Positions 53,811 to 63,035 of a DNA stretch of 64,000 bases are shown here, one piece after another. The stretch lies in NCBI GenBank assembly GCA_046045965.1, contig JBJOKS010000004.1:128001-192000 (forward strand), given 5' to 3'. Under the pieces are notes generated by a model. It did not search any database, was not told where the DNA came from, and saw nothing but the letters and a program-made list of their open reading frames with translations. Source of the DNA: Cyanobacteriota bacterium (GTDB lineage: Bacteria > Cyanobacteriota > Cyanobacteriia > Cyanobacteriales > Nostocaceae). The position numbers were made by a program, and so were the translations under genes. Each line of letters starts with the position of its first letter. Within the stretch, counting starts at the first letter, position 1.

Positions 53811-54977
53811 ATCATAGCCAGTCTGTTTTAGTGCCTTCGCCAAAATATTGATTGCAGCATTATGGTCACGATCAAGAACACACCCACAGATGCAAACATG
53901 AGTTCTAACTGAAAGTGATTTTTTGACAGTTTCTCCACAATTAGAACAATTTTGAGAAGTATATTGTGGGGCAACTGGTACAACCACACGCCCGTAAATC
54001 TTCCCAAAATATTCTAGCCATTGAGTAAACAGCGACCAACTAGCATCACTAATTGACTTGGCTAACTTGCTATTTTTAACCATATTTCTCACTTGCAGTT
54101 TTTCAAACGCCACTAAATCGTTAGATTTAACCACGCACAATGCTTGTTTTACAGCAAAGTCTTTACGTTGACGTGATACTTGCAAGTGTTTCCTACCAAG
54201 ACGGTTAATAGCTTTTTTGCGATTATTAGAACCTTTTTTCTTACGACTAACTCTTTTTTGTAGCCGTTTCAAAGATTTCTCTGACTTCCGCAAATATCTA
54301 GGATTGTCAACTTTTTCACCTTGAGAATCCGTATAGAAGCTATTTAAACCAACATCTAATCCAACCGTTTTACCTGTTGGAGCGGTGTCAATTTTTCGTT
54401 CTGCATCCACGCAAAACTGCACATAATAACCGTCAGAACGTTTAACTATCCTGACTCTCTTTATTTGCTTGATTTGGTAAAAGTGTAAATCCCAAGTTCC
54501 AATTAACTTTAGTTGACCTATACCACATTTATCTATAAATTTTATGTGCTTACGGTCATCTAAAAGTTTCCATCCAGTTGACTTATATTCAACTGAACGG
54601 TTATTCTTTTGAAATTTGGGATATCCCTTTTTACCAGGGATTTTAGCCTTACCCTTCGGGTTCGCCAGTTCCTCTTTGTTGGAACAACAAGACCGGACTG
54701 GCTCACAATTATCAAAGAATCGTTTAATTGCAAAAGCTGTTCTTTCTGCTGCTGCTTGTCTAGCCATTGAATTTAATTTATCAGCAAAATCAAATTCCGA
54801 CGCTAAAACAGCAGTATATTTATTTAGGTCGTAGGGTTTAACATTTTGATTGTCCATCCAAAACCGTAGGCACTTGTTACGAATGAACTGGCTTATGCGT
54901 ATAGCCTCATCAATTCTCTGATATTGCTGTTTTGTGCCTTTGGCTTTGAACTCAAAAACAATCATGTTGATTACCAT
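53715..54977 (-). CDS. tnpB: RNA-guided endonuclease TnpB
   Basis: GYPKF, RuvC-I GLDVGL, RuvC-II AFEKL, TSQNCSNCG...CICG zinc finger, RuvC-III DRDHNAA. Confidence 0.95.
   Translation of the reverse strand: MVINMIVFEFKAKGTKQQYQRIDEAIRISQFIRNKCLRFWMDNQNVKPYDLNKYTAVLASEFDFADKLNSMARQAAAERTAFAIKRFFDNCEPVRSCCSNKEELANPKGKAKIPGKKGYPKFQKNNRSVEYKSTGWKLLDDRKHIKFIDKCGIGQLKLIGTWDLHFYQIKQIKRVRIVKRSDGYYVQFCVDAERKIDTAPTGKTVGLDVGLNSFYTDSQGEKVDNPRYLRKSEKSLKRLQKRVSRKKKGSNNRKKAINRLGRKHLQVSRQRKDFAVKQALCVVKSNDLVAFEKLQVRNMVKNSKLAKSISDASWSLFTQWLEYFGKIYGRVVVPVAPQYTSQNCSNCGETVKKSLSVRTHVCICGCVLDRDHNAAINILAKALKQTGYDLSTVGRTETFNACGEMTLYPDLVTSLGKVAH
54651..54706. repeat. 54-bp hairpin insert in frame within tnpB (boundary ambiguous by 2 bp)
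   Basis: CCCTTCGGG-TTC-GCCAGT...ACTGGC-TCAC; adds 18 aa EPVRSCCSNKEELANPKG between FFDNC and KAKIPGKKGYP. Confidence 0.75.
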
Positions 54978-55274
54978 CTCGACCTACTCCAAAAACTAGG
55001 ATTATTTAGGGAAACTGTCAATCCCTAAGCAGCTAAGTCAGGATTATGACTGCCTCTAAAGGGGCAAGCCGTTCGCCTACATCCACTGTTCCTTAGTGCG
55101 ATAAAGTATCAATGCCTTGCTCTGATACTTTATCGGCCGTGGTTTTGGCTCACTCGATTTTCTTATAATATTGGGGATTGGGGACTGGGGACTGGGAAGA
55201 AAGCAGGGGAAGCAGGGGAAGCAGAGGAGAAGAAGTTTACTATCTATTACCAATTACCAATTACCCATTACCTA

Positions 55275-57023
55275 TTATTTATTCTTTTCACTATTGCGCT
55301 TGAGAGTTTTTTCTGTTAAAGAAACACTCCCAATACCTTGAAGAATACCACGGCCAACCAAACCTAAACCACGACCAATTATTTGCGTGAGGATGAAGAC
55401 AATACCACTACCTAAAAAAGATAATAAAGATTGTACACGAGGTGCGATCGCATCGCGAAATTCTAGCAGTAATGTCACCACTAAACGAACACCGGAAAGC
55501 TTTGCTAACTCTTGGTTACGCGGAGAATAAATTGAGATTTTAGCAATACCACGCGGTGCAAAAACAAATAGTTCATAGCGACTTTCAAAAATTGCCTGGG
55601 GTTCATTAACATAATTGTTTAACCGATATTTCCAACTTAAATTATTTCTAAAACGTTCAATTTCTCTGGTAGAAATCAAATGACGGTCATAAAAATTTTG
55701 TTTGATGGTTTCTACGTCTGCTAAAAAATTTAGTAATGGTTGTAATACACCATTAGCAATCTGAATTAATAAGTTCTCTAAAATCATTGATGCTTGAGAA
55801 TTTGCTGGTTCAGTACCTGCTGCATAAGATATATTATCAACATATAAATCAGTTTGCCAGAGTAGATAAGAAAATAATTCTTCTACCAAAGGAATTTTAT
55901 TGAGAATTTCCGTTTCTACACCTACTGCATTATTCAATAAAAAAGTGACTATTTCTATATTGACATCACCTACAGTTATCCGCGAAAAATTACTATAAAA
56001 ATCTTTAATTGCTGATGTCCATAAGTGATTTAAGATTTTGTTTCTTAATTCAGGTAATTGCTTAATATCAATTTGTGAACTACGTAATTCATCTAATTGT
56101 TGAGATACTTTTTGTAAGATGAGATAAAGTAATTCTCTTTTTTTGTCTTCCCGAAGAATATCAATTTCTAAAGATATATCTGTCAGGTTTTGTAAAGGGA
56201 ATTGAAGTTTATTGATACAAGATGCAAATAATGTAGATTGTAGTGCTTTTGGAGTCAGTAAAGGTGGGACAACCGTTTGCATCTGTTGTGGTTCTGGTTT
56301 ACTAATAGCACTGCTAAGGTAAGAAATAGGTGGAGGTAGTGGTTGAGATGTTGATATTGGTTGTCTTTCTTCTGGTGCAGCTAATAAGTGATTAACTAAC
56401 CAACGTGCAGCTAAAAGTTCTCTTCTTTGTCCTGCAAGAATAGCTTTATCTAATATTGGTAGTCCTGGTATTTTTAATTGTGCTGTAACTGCTGTGAGAG
56501 TATCATTAATATGATTAATTCCTGAGAAGCGAACATTATTTCTGAGTCTAGCAAAAGGTAAATGAGATGATAGAGAATTTGTTCCTGTTATTCCTAACCA
56601 ATAATAACCACCATTGGCTATTTCTTGCATGATGGGGACTAATTCAGAAATGGATATACCTTTAGGACAATAGCCATTGACACCATTATTCTTTGCTGCT
56701 ATGAGTATTTCTGGTGTAGAAACAGAACTCAGCAGCAAAATGGGTATATGCGGGTATAAAGCTTTAAGTTGTCTACAAAATTGTAAACCTAACTGCTGAG
56801 ATTCGCTAGAACTGCCATTTCCCAATTCTAAAACTATTAAATTTACTTGATTTTTATCAGGTACGGCAATTTCTGCTAAAACCTGTAATGCTGCGGTATC
56901 TGTGGGGACATCCGCTACTACTTGTAGCTGAGAATTTGTTTCTAGTGATACCCTTAATCCTAGACGAAAGATGGGATCTGGGTCGATTAACAATAATTGT
57001 AAATGTAAAGGGCGATCGCTCAT
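55275..57023 (-). CDS. ycf55: Ycf55 / DUF3685 protein with pseudo-receiver domain
   Basis: N-terminal receiver-like LLLIDPDPIFRLGL, STREIERFRNNLSW, FLGSGIVFILTQIIGRGLGLVGRGI. Confidence 0.85.
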   Translation of the reverse strand: MSDRPLHLQLLLIDPDPIFRLGLRVSLETNSQLQVVADVPTDTAALQVLAEIAVPDKNQVNLIVLELGNGSSSESQQLGLQFCRQLKALYPHIPILLLSSVSTPEILIAAKNNGVNGYCPKGISISELVPIMQEIANGGYYWLGITGTNSLSSHLPFARLRNNVRFSGINHINDTLTAVTAQLKIPGLPILDKAILAGQRRELLAARWLVNHLLAAPEERQPISTSQPLPPPISYLSSAISKPEPQQMQTVVPPLLTPKALQSTLFASCINKLQFPLQNLTDISLEIDILREDKKRELLYLILQKVSQQLDELRSSQIDIKQLPELRNKILNHLWTSAIKDFYSNFSRITVGDVNIEIVTFLLNNAVGVETEILNKIPLVEELFSYLLWQTDLYVDNISYAAGTEPANSQASMILENLLIQIANGVLQPLLNFLADVETIKQNFYDRHLISTREIERFRNNLSWKYRLNNYVNEPQAIFESRYELFVFAPRGIAKISIYSPRNQELAKLSGVRLVVTLLLEFRDAIAPRVQSLLSFLGSGIVFILTQIIGRGLGLVGRGILQGIGSVSLTEKTLKRNSEKNK

Positions 57024-57201
57024 AGTCAGGTCAAATACAGATAGACTTTCCAGCCATCAGTTGTCAGTGGAAAAAGCAAGACACAAGAGGCAATTAATTC
57101 TTTTCATCTCCCCATCTTCCCATCTTCCCATCTCCTTGCACTCTTGTCACTTATTACTTTTTGCCTGAAATTCAAGGCTGAAGGCGATCACCTGTCACCA
57201 A

Positions 57202-57645
57202 TCATGATTGTAGGTTGCGGTGTCCAAAAAAGTTAATGCTGTAGCCACTAATTTTGACTCCTGTTTGTGCCTCAACTTGCTGTATCAACTCTGCCGGTAG
57301 TTCTATATGTACATCTAGTATTTGATTTGTATCTACACAATTGACATGGCTATGAGCATCACTGATATTACCATATAAACGGCCATCGCAATGTTCAATA
57401 CACTCAATAATACCCTGACTGGATAGAGCTTCTAAATTTTGATAAACCGAAGTATGGCCAATCTCTTTACCTTGTTGGTTTAAGCGATCATAAATCTCTC
57501 TAGCAGAAAGATGTTCATTCGCTTGCCAGAGTAATTCTAGAATAAAACGGCGCTGGCGGCTGACGCGCATACCAAGCATTTGACACCGATCTATAGCCTC
57601 TTCTAAGGAACGAATTGCTTTTGTAGAAATAGCTGGTTTTTGCAT
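57202..57645 (-). CDS. furC: Fur-family regulator FurC/PerR
   Basis: GMRVSRQRRFILELLW...HLSAREIY...GHTSVYQNL...HSHVNC, closely resembling Anabaena FurC as recalled. Confidence 0.85.
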   Translation of the reverse strand: MQKPAISTKAIRSLEEAIDRCQMLGMRVSRQRRFILELLWQANEHLSAREIYDRLNQQGKEIGHTSVYQNLEALSSQGIIECIEHCDGRLYGNISDAHSHVNCVDTNQILDVHIELPAELIQQVEAQTGVKISGYSINFFGHRNLQS

Positions 57646-58190
57646 ATTTCAGTTTTAACTGTAGGAATAGTTTTCCGATTTAATGACAATTGCTAATTTT
57701 TATACGTGAGAATATTACATAGATCAGGAGTCAGGAGTCAGGAGTAAAACTGGCTTTGTGTATGTTTCAATGTAGATGCTGTACCTCATTGATCTGCAAT
57801 CTGCTGTATTTACAATACATTTTTTTGCTTATAGCTGTATTGGTGATACTCAATACCCCTCTAATCACAAGTTTGAGCAAGTTTGAACTTTAACTGAAGG
57901 TTGCTTGATTACATCCTAACTCTAAAACAAACTCATTACAACTTTAGCTTACAAATGCTGTAAATGTCCAGGCTTGGGGGTATATTTTGGTAAAATATAT
58001 ATACAATCATCAATTGTCAATGGTACAAATACTCAAAAAATCTAAGGTATTAGAATAAATTCCTATGTGAATTATAGGTAAAAGCTGATATATACGTTAA
58101 ATCAACAGATAGTAGCATCAATACCGAAAAGCTGCTACTGTTGATTCTGGATACCACATTTTAGCAATCCAGAAAGCGGCTAAAAAGTCA

Positions 58191-58673
58191 ATGACAATCA
58201 CAATCAGCCTCAATCACAACTGCATTAACAATCTAGATTTGTCACCTGTATTAACGGTAATTGAACCACTGCTGCAAGAGGAATCCATTACATCCCAGGA
58301 ACAGCAACTGCGCTTTGAAATTAACTATAAACAGGAAGCAAATGATCCAAGGGAACTTTCAGAAATTCCAGAGGTAAGGTTGTGGTTTGTGCGTTTAGAT
58401 GCTAAATATCCGTGGTTGCCATTTTTACTTGACTGGAAAGCCGGTGAATTAGCGCGTTATGCTGCTATGTTAGTACCCCATCAATTTAGTGCTAAAGAAG
58501 GTATACAGTATAACCCTGAAGCCTTAGAAATTTTTTTGATGCACAAAATTTTTATTTTGAGTGCTTGGTTAAAACAGCAAAATATCCCCACTCAATTTCG
58601 GCTTAAGTCTCTAGCACAAATCTTGGGTTATGAATTAGAAGATGCTTTTTTTGAAATGATTGAAAAAAGATAG
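58191..58673 (+). CDS. CRR6-family NDH-1 maturation factor (DUF1817)
   Basis: DPRELSEIPEVRLWFVRLD..YPWLP..LDW..GEL.RYAAMLVPHQF. Confidence 0.85.
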   Translation: MTITISLNHNCINNLDLSPVLTVIEPLLQEESITSQEQQLRFEINYKQEANDPRELSEIPEVRLWFVRLDAKYPWLPFLLDWKAGELARYAAMLVPHQFSAKEGIQYNPEALEIFLMHKIFILSAWLKQQNIPTQFRLKSLAQILGYELEDAFFEMIEKR

Positions 58674-58851
58674 GAATTTAGGAATTTAGGAGTCAGGAGT
58701 CAGGAGTCAGGAATTAAGAAGTGTTCAGATTAATTTTTATGCTCCAATCCCAAGTAAAATTCAAAGTTCAGAGAATGCAAAAAAAATGAATTAAAAATTC
58801 TTAATTAATTTTGAATTTTGAATTTTGAATTTTGAATTGGAGCAAAGCGAC

Positions 58852-59811
58852 TCAACCTCCCCAGATTTTTTCTAGAACAGTTGCGGGTGCAATATCAGCT
58901 GGTTTTCCAGTAGGAGATTTGATCGCTAGGAACTTATCACTTGTTGGTAATATCTTTCCTGGATCTGGAGAACCAAGTATGGCAATAGTATAGGTTTGTA
59001 CAGCTACAGCTAGTTGTAGCGGCGCACTGTGGGTAGAAAGCATCAAACTTGCACCACCAATGATGGCAGTTAATTTGCCAATATCATCAGTTGCAATTAC
59101 TTTAATACCTGGACAAGCTTCTAGAAGCGATGAGACAAATTTCTCATCATCAGTTTCTTTAATTACCATTACGGGTAAATCAGGCTGTTTGCGTTGAAAA
59201 TCTTGAATAATTTGCTGCCAACTAGCTACAGGATAGCTGGTATCAGCACCATTGACTTGGGACAACTTGCCAGAACCGCCATAAATGAGAATGTAGCCTG
59301 TTTCATTGATACCCAAGCGTTTTTGTTGTTGTTGCGTCCATTCAATATCCGGTTTCAGTAGATTTACTGCTAACTGTGGGCAAGGTGTGTGAATACCCAA
59401 AGGTTGCAATAGGTCATGATACATGGCCGCTATATATTGGGATGTGTTTGCAGATACAACATTGGTGAGAAAACCTGCACCTTTGCCTTTGAAACCAATA
59501 CGTGTGGGAATTCCGGTTAACCAGAGAAACAAACCTACAAACCAACTTTCTCCAGCAGTAATGGCAATATCATATTCGCGATCGCGAATTGTTCCCACCA
59601 AGTTACCCCAATCTGCTAAACTATTACGATCTTTGTAATCAAAGGTCAATACCTCGTGAACTGACTTGCTCACTCGGTAGGCAGCCTTTGACCGGGGTTC
59701 CACAACGACATCTATCTGCGCGTCGGGATACGAACGCTTCAGATCATCCAAAGTGGGAAAAAAGAGAATTTGGTCGCCAAGTGAACCAGGTACAAGGGCT
59801 ACTACTCGCAT
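58852..59811 (-). CDS. Glycosyltransferase family 9 protein
   Basis: PGSLGDQILFFP.L..LK..YPDA.IDV, GIPTRIG, PLQLAVAV. Confidence 0.85.
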   Translation of the reverse strand: MRVVALVPGSLGDQILFFPTLDDLKRSYPDAQIDVVVEPRSKAAYRVSKSVHEVLTFDYKDRNSLADWGNLVGTIRDREYDIAITAGESWFVGLFLWLTGIPTRIGFKGKGAGFLTNVVSANTSQYIAAMYHDLLQPLGIHTPCPQLAVNLLKPDIEWTQQQQKRLGINETGYILIYGGSGKLSQVNGADTSYPVASWQQIIQDFQRKQPDLPVMVIKETDDEKFVSSLLEACPGIKVIATDDIGKLTAIIGGASLMLSTHSAPLQLAVAVQTYTIAILGSPDPGKILPTSDKFLAIKSPTGKPADIAPATVLEKIWGG

Positions 59812-59854
59812 AAATAATATATTTATTGACGCTTATCGTCCTTATTTTAGGGGA

Positions 59855-60030
59855 AATGGGGAATGGTGATTGGTAATTGGGAAAGAAGGGAACAGGGAAC
59901 AGGGAACAGGGAACAGGGAACAGGCAAAAGATAAATATATCCTTCCCCTGCTTCCCCTGCTTCCCCTGCTTCCCCTGCTCTCTTCCCAGTCCCCAGTCCC
60001 TAGTCCCCAGTCCCCAGTCCCCAGTCCCCA
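59855..60030. repeat. Mixed STRR arrays
   Basis: GGGAACA, TCCCCTGCT and CCCCAGT tandems between divergent genes. Confidence 0.85.
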
Positions 60031-60051
60031 GTTAAAAAATCGAGGAAAGTT

Positions 60052-60741
60052 GTGTATTTATTAATTCCCGCCGCAGGTAGTGGCAAAAGAATGGGTGCTG
60101 ATCGCAATAAACTTTTACTACAGGTACGCTCAAAAACTCTCATTGCTTGGACTTTGTTAGCTGCGGAAGCTGCGAGTGCTATTAGTTGGATCGGGATTAT
60201 TTCCCAACCTCACGACTGGGATGACTTTAAGGCAATTTTGGCTGATTTAAAGCTCTCTAAACCAGTGGAATTTATTCCCGGTGGTAGTACCAGGCAAGAG
60301 TCGGTTTACAATGGCTTGCTGGCTCTCCCAGAGGCTGCTGAACAAGTATTAATTCATGATGGGGCGCGATGTTTAGCTACACCTGATTTACTCAATGCTT
60401 GTGCTGAAGCTATTCGTCATTGTCCGGGGTTAATTGCAGCTATCCCTGTGAAAGACACAATTAAAGTTGTGGATGAAAACGGTATAATTGAAAGTACACC
60501 TAACCGAGAACAACTTTGGGCGGCTCAAACTCCCCAAGGATTTAACGTTAAGCTGTTAAAAGAATGTCATGCTGAAGGTGTGCGTCAAGGGTGGGAAGTG
60601 ACGGATGATGCAGCTTTGTTTGAAAGATGCGGGATTGAAGTACGGATAGTACCAGGAGAGGAAACTAATTTGAAAGTGACGACTCCTCAAGATTTAGCGA
60701 TCGCTGAATTTATTCTGAGTCACAGAAATTTGTCAATTTAG
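60052..60741 (+). CDS. ispD: MEP cytidylyltransferase
   Basis: IPAAGSGKRMG..NK, GG.TRQESV, IHDGAR, AQTPQ, TDDA, NLKVTTPQDL. Confidence 0.96.
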   Translation: MYLLIPAAGSGKRMGADRNKLLLQVRSKTLIAWTLLAAEAASAISWIGIISQPHDWDDFKAILADLKLSKPVEFIPGGSTRQESVYNGLLALPEAAEQVLIHDGARCLATPDLLNACAEAIRHCPGLIAAIPVKDTIKVVDENGIIESTPNREQLWAAQTPQGFNVKLLKECHAEGVRQGWEVTDDAALFERCGIEVRIVPGEETNLKVTTPQDLAIAEFILSHRNLSI

Positions 60742-60757
60742 CGATCAGTAAATAATC

Positions 60758-61102
60758 CTATGGGGAAGTACCGGGAGATGTTGTACCTCCTGGGGAAGTA
60801 CCGGGAGATGTTGGACCTCCTGGGGAAGTACCGGGAGATGTTGGACCTCCTGGGGAAGGTACAGGATTAGCAAGAATTGATTGAGCAGTATTATCTGCAC
60901 CAAAGAAAGTATCAACTCCATCTAATGCTGAATTAACAAAGTCAGCAAAGCCAAATTTTTGTTTTCTTTCTTGTTCAAAAAATGATGGTTTAGGACGACG
61001 GATTTGAGGTTTATTTTCTTCGGCTTGGATGTGATTTGTGAATAACGTGATGCTGGTGACAATTAATGTAATTCCCAGCAATTTAGTAATAGATGTTTTC
61101 AT
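60758..61102 (-). CDS. Small secreted protein with Ser/Pro/Gly/Thr repeat tail
   Basis: Signal-peptide-like N-terminus; 30-bp tandem repeat encoding SPGG(P/T)TSPGT. Confidence 0.7.
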   Translation of the reverse strand: MKTSITKLLGITLIVTSITLFTNHIQAEENKPQIRRPKPSFFEQERKQKFGFADFVNSALDGVDTFFGADNTAQSILANPVPSPGGPTSPGTSPGGPTSPGTSPGGTTSPGTSP

Positions 61103-61117
61103 TTTTTTCTGCCTTCA

Positions 61118-62917
61118 TTAAAAACGGAAAGTAGTACGCAATACACCAACATAAATTGTATTGTTTGCTTCTATGTTATTGGGATTGGTCACCAGGAAGA
61201 ATCCAGGAGTGATGGAAATGCGATCATTGACAGTTAAACGATAAAATGTCTCTATATGATAGGAGTCGGCATTGTCCAGTACACCACCATTTGCATTGAC
61301 TAATGTTGGTTGTTGACCCAACATGATGGCAAATAAATCTCTGTCATCTCTACCCAAAGGATTAGATAATCCCAGAGAAAACATAAAATTTGAACTGACA
61401 GCAAAAGCATCAGTTTCAGCAGCTTGAGTAGAAGTTAATCCACCCCAACTAGCAAAAGTTAATTTGGGAGTAATTCGCCATTGTAGTGTACCACCAAAAG
61501 CATGAATAATAGCTGGTTGATTAATGAATCCAGAAGCATCAGCGATCGCACTACCTGTAAAGGTATTTAAACGACCATCAGGACTATAACTATAGATATA
61601 ACTCAATCCTGTAGCTATATCATTTCCGGGTAAAAAGAATAACTGAACTCCTGTAGCATGGGAACCTGTACCTAAAACTGCTCCCAGTTGAGGATTATTA
61701 CCATTGCTGACCCCATGAGCAATTTGCAAACGCATTCTGTCATTCAGTAAATAATCGATCCCGATACCCGAATCTAAAGCACCTATTTTAAAGATGGGAT
61801 TAGATTCAGCAAAACGGGAAATTGCACCGCGTCCTGTGTCAAAATAAGGAGAGTTAGGACTGAGGACATTACTTAAACTAAACCCCACAGGTTTGATAGT
61901 AAAAACTGCCCGATCACCTAAAGCTGCAAACCTATATTCTAGGTTAGATAATTGGATGCTATTGTTATAGCCTACTTGATAGGAAAGTAAGGCTGTATTA
62001 GTATTTAATATATTCGGATTAGCAAAACCCAAATTATCAAAATTACCGGAAGCTAATTCTAGTCTAAACCGATCTTTACCTGTGAAACTAGAAACTAGTT
62101 GTATTCTTGTTAAATGGTTAATAACTGCATTTGATTGACCTGTACCTGGAGGACTACCACCAAAAGCTTGAGCGGCGGCAAAAATCACTTCTCCACCAAT
62201 TAAAGTAGTAGTGGAAAATTGATTGTTTTCTAATACGGCAGTTTTAGCTTCTAGTGTATCTATTCTTTGTGTTAATATGGATAATTCGGTAGTAAAATCT
62301 TCTCGCAGTTTTTGGATAGTTGTTAAATCATCTGGGTTGATTAAATTACTGGTATTGGCAGCAATTATTTCTTGCATTTTTTCTAAACAACTATTTAAAA
62401 TGCTGGCAAATTCATAGCGAGTTAAGCTGCGATTTCCTTTAAAAGTTCCATCAGGATAGGGAGAAATGCAATTATAATTTTTAATGAGATTGCTTAAAGC
62501 TTCATAAGCCCAATCTTGAGGTGTAACATCAGTAAACTGAGAAACATTATTCACTGGACTTGATAGGGTGTCATTTGTCAGATCATTATTTTCCTGACTC
62601 AATAAATTATCAGCTAAATTGCTATCTGTGAGATTGTTTAAATCTTCAGAATTGTCAGATACAATTAAGTTCTTTTCATTAACTGGAGATGGTTCTGTAG
62701 TATCAGTAATCAATAAATCCTTGGCTACAGTATTTTTGGGAACATTACTTAAATATTCCGAACTTACAGATATAATAGGGTTATTTGTATGAAGTTGAGG
62801 TGGTTCTGCTTTGACGAAACCAGCAGAATTTGCCAAAATCAAAGTAGATAAAACGAGGATACCGCTTTGTAAACCTTGCTTTTTGTGTTTCTCGTCGGTG
62901 GTTGATGGTAGTTGCAT
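61118..62917 (-). CDS. Cyanobacterial SLH-domain outer-membrane porin (OprB/iron-uptake porin type)
   Basis: SQFTDV.P.DWAYEAL, GYPDGTF-like PYPDGTFKGNR.LTRYEFA, NQFSTTT, ITPG, C-terminal LRTTFRF. Confidence 0.92.
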   Translation of the reverse strand: MQLPSTTDEKHKKQGLQSGILVLSTLILANSAGFVKAEPPQLHTNNPIISVSSEYLSNVPKNTVAKDLLITDTTEPSPVNEKNLIVSDNSEDLNNLTDSNLADNLLSQENNDLTNDTLSSPVNNVSQFTDVTPQDWAYEALSNLIKNYNCISPYPDGTFKGNRSLTRYEFASILNSCLEKMQEIIAANTSNLINPDDLTTIQKLREDFTTELSILTQRIDTLEAKTAVLENNQFSTTTLIGGEVIFAAAQAFGGSPPGTGQSNAVINHLTRIQLVSSFTGKDRFRLELASGNFDNLGFANPNILNTNTALLSYQVGYNNSIQLSNLEYRFAALGDRAVFTIKPVGFSLSNVLSPNSPYFDTGRGAISRFAESNPIFKIGALDSGIGIDYLLNDRMRLQIAHGVSNGNNPQLGAVLGTGSHATGVQLFFLPGNDIATGLSYIYSYSPDGRLNTFTGSAIADASGFINQPAIIHAFGGTLQWRITPKLTFASWGGLTSTQAAETDAFAVSSNFMFSLGLSNPLGRDDRDLFAIMLGQQPTLVNANGGVLDNADSYHIETFYRLTVNDRISITPGFFLVTNPNNIEANNTIYVGVLRTTFRF

Positions 62918-63035
62918 GAATATTTTACCCTTGATTAATAGTGACTAGAAGAAATTTGCAGAACAAGATGATGGTGATAAATAGTAAGTAATTCAGGGTG
63001 AAGAATCTCAAATATGTAACAAAAAGTAAAATTAC

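Larger units (their letters stand above)
53677..55164 (-). mobile_element. IS200/IS605-family TnpB-only (IS1341-like) element
   Basis: Right end hairpin CCCCG...CGGGG followed by terminal TCAA (plus TTGA 53677-53680); left end abuts TTAT (plus ATAA 55165-55168); no tnpA inside. Confidence 0.82.

Noticed and set aside
53715..54977. TnpB as a nuclease-dead TldR-type regulator or Cas12f
   Set aside because: RuvC D/E/D residues are intact, transposon ends are present and there is no CRISPR array
57721..57808. MITE-like half element upstream of furC
   Set aside because: Only one candidate end is visible, with no partner repeat or TSD in the window
58111..58124. NtcA box upstream of CRR6
   Set aside because: GTA-N7-TAC spacing instead of N8
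59870..60064. 64-aa ORF made of repeats (also 12026-12229, 44010-44237, 56971-57168)
   Set aside because: Translations of STRR tracts or shadows of real genes
60758..60860. 30-bp direct repeats as possible CRISPR or iteron array
   Set aside because: Contiguous, spacer-less and in frame within a coding sequence
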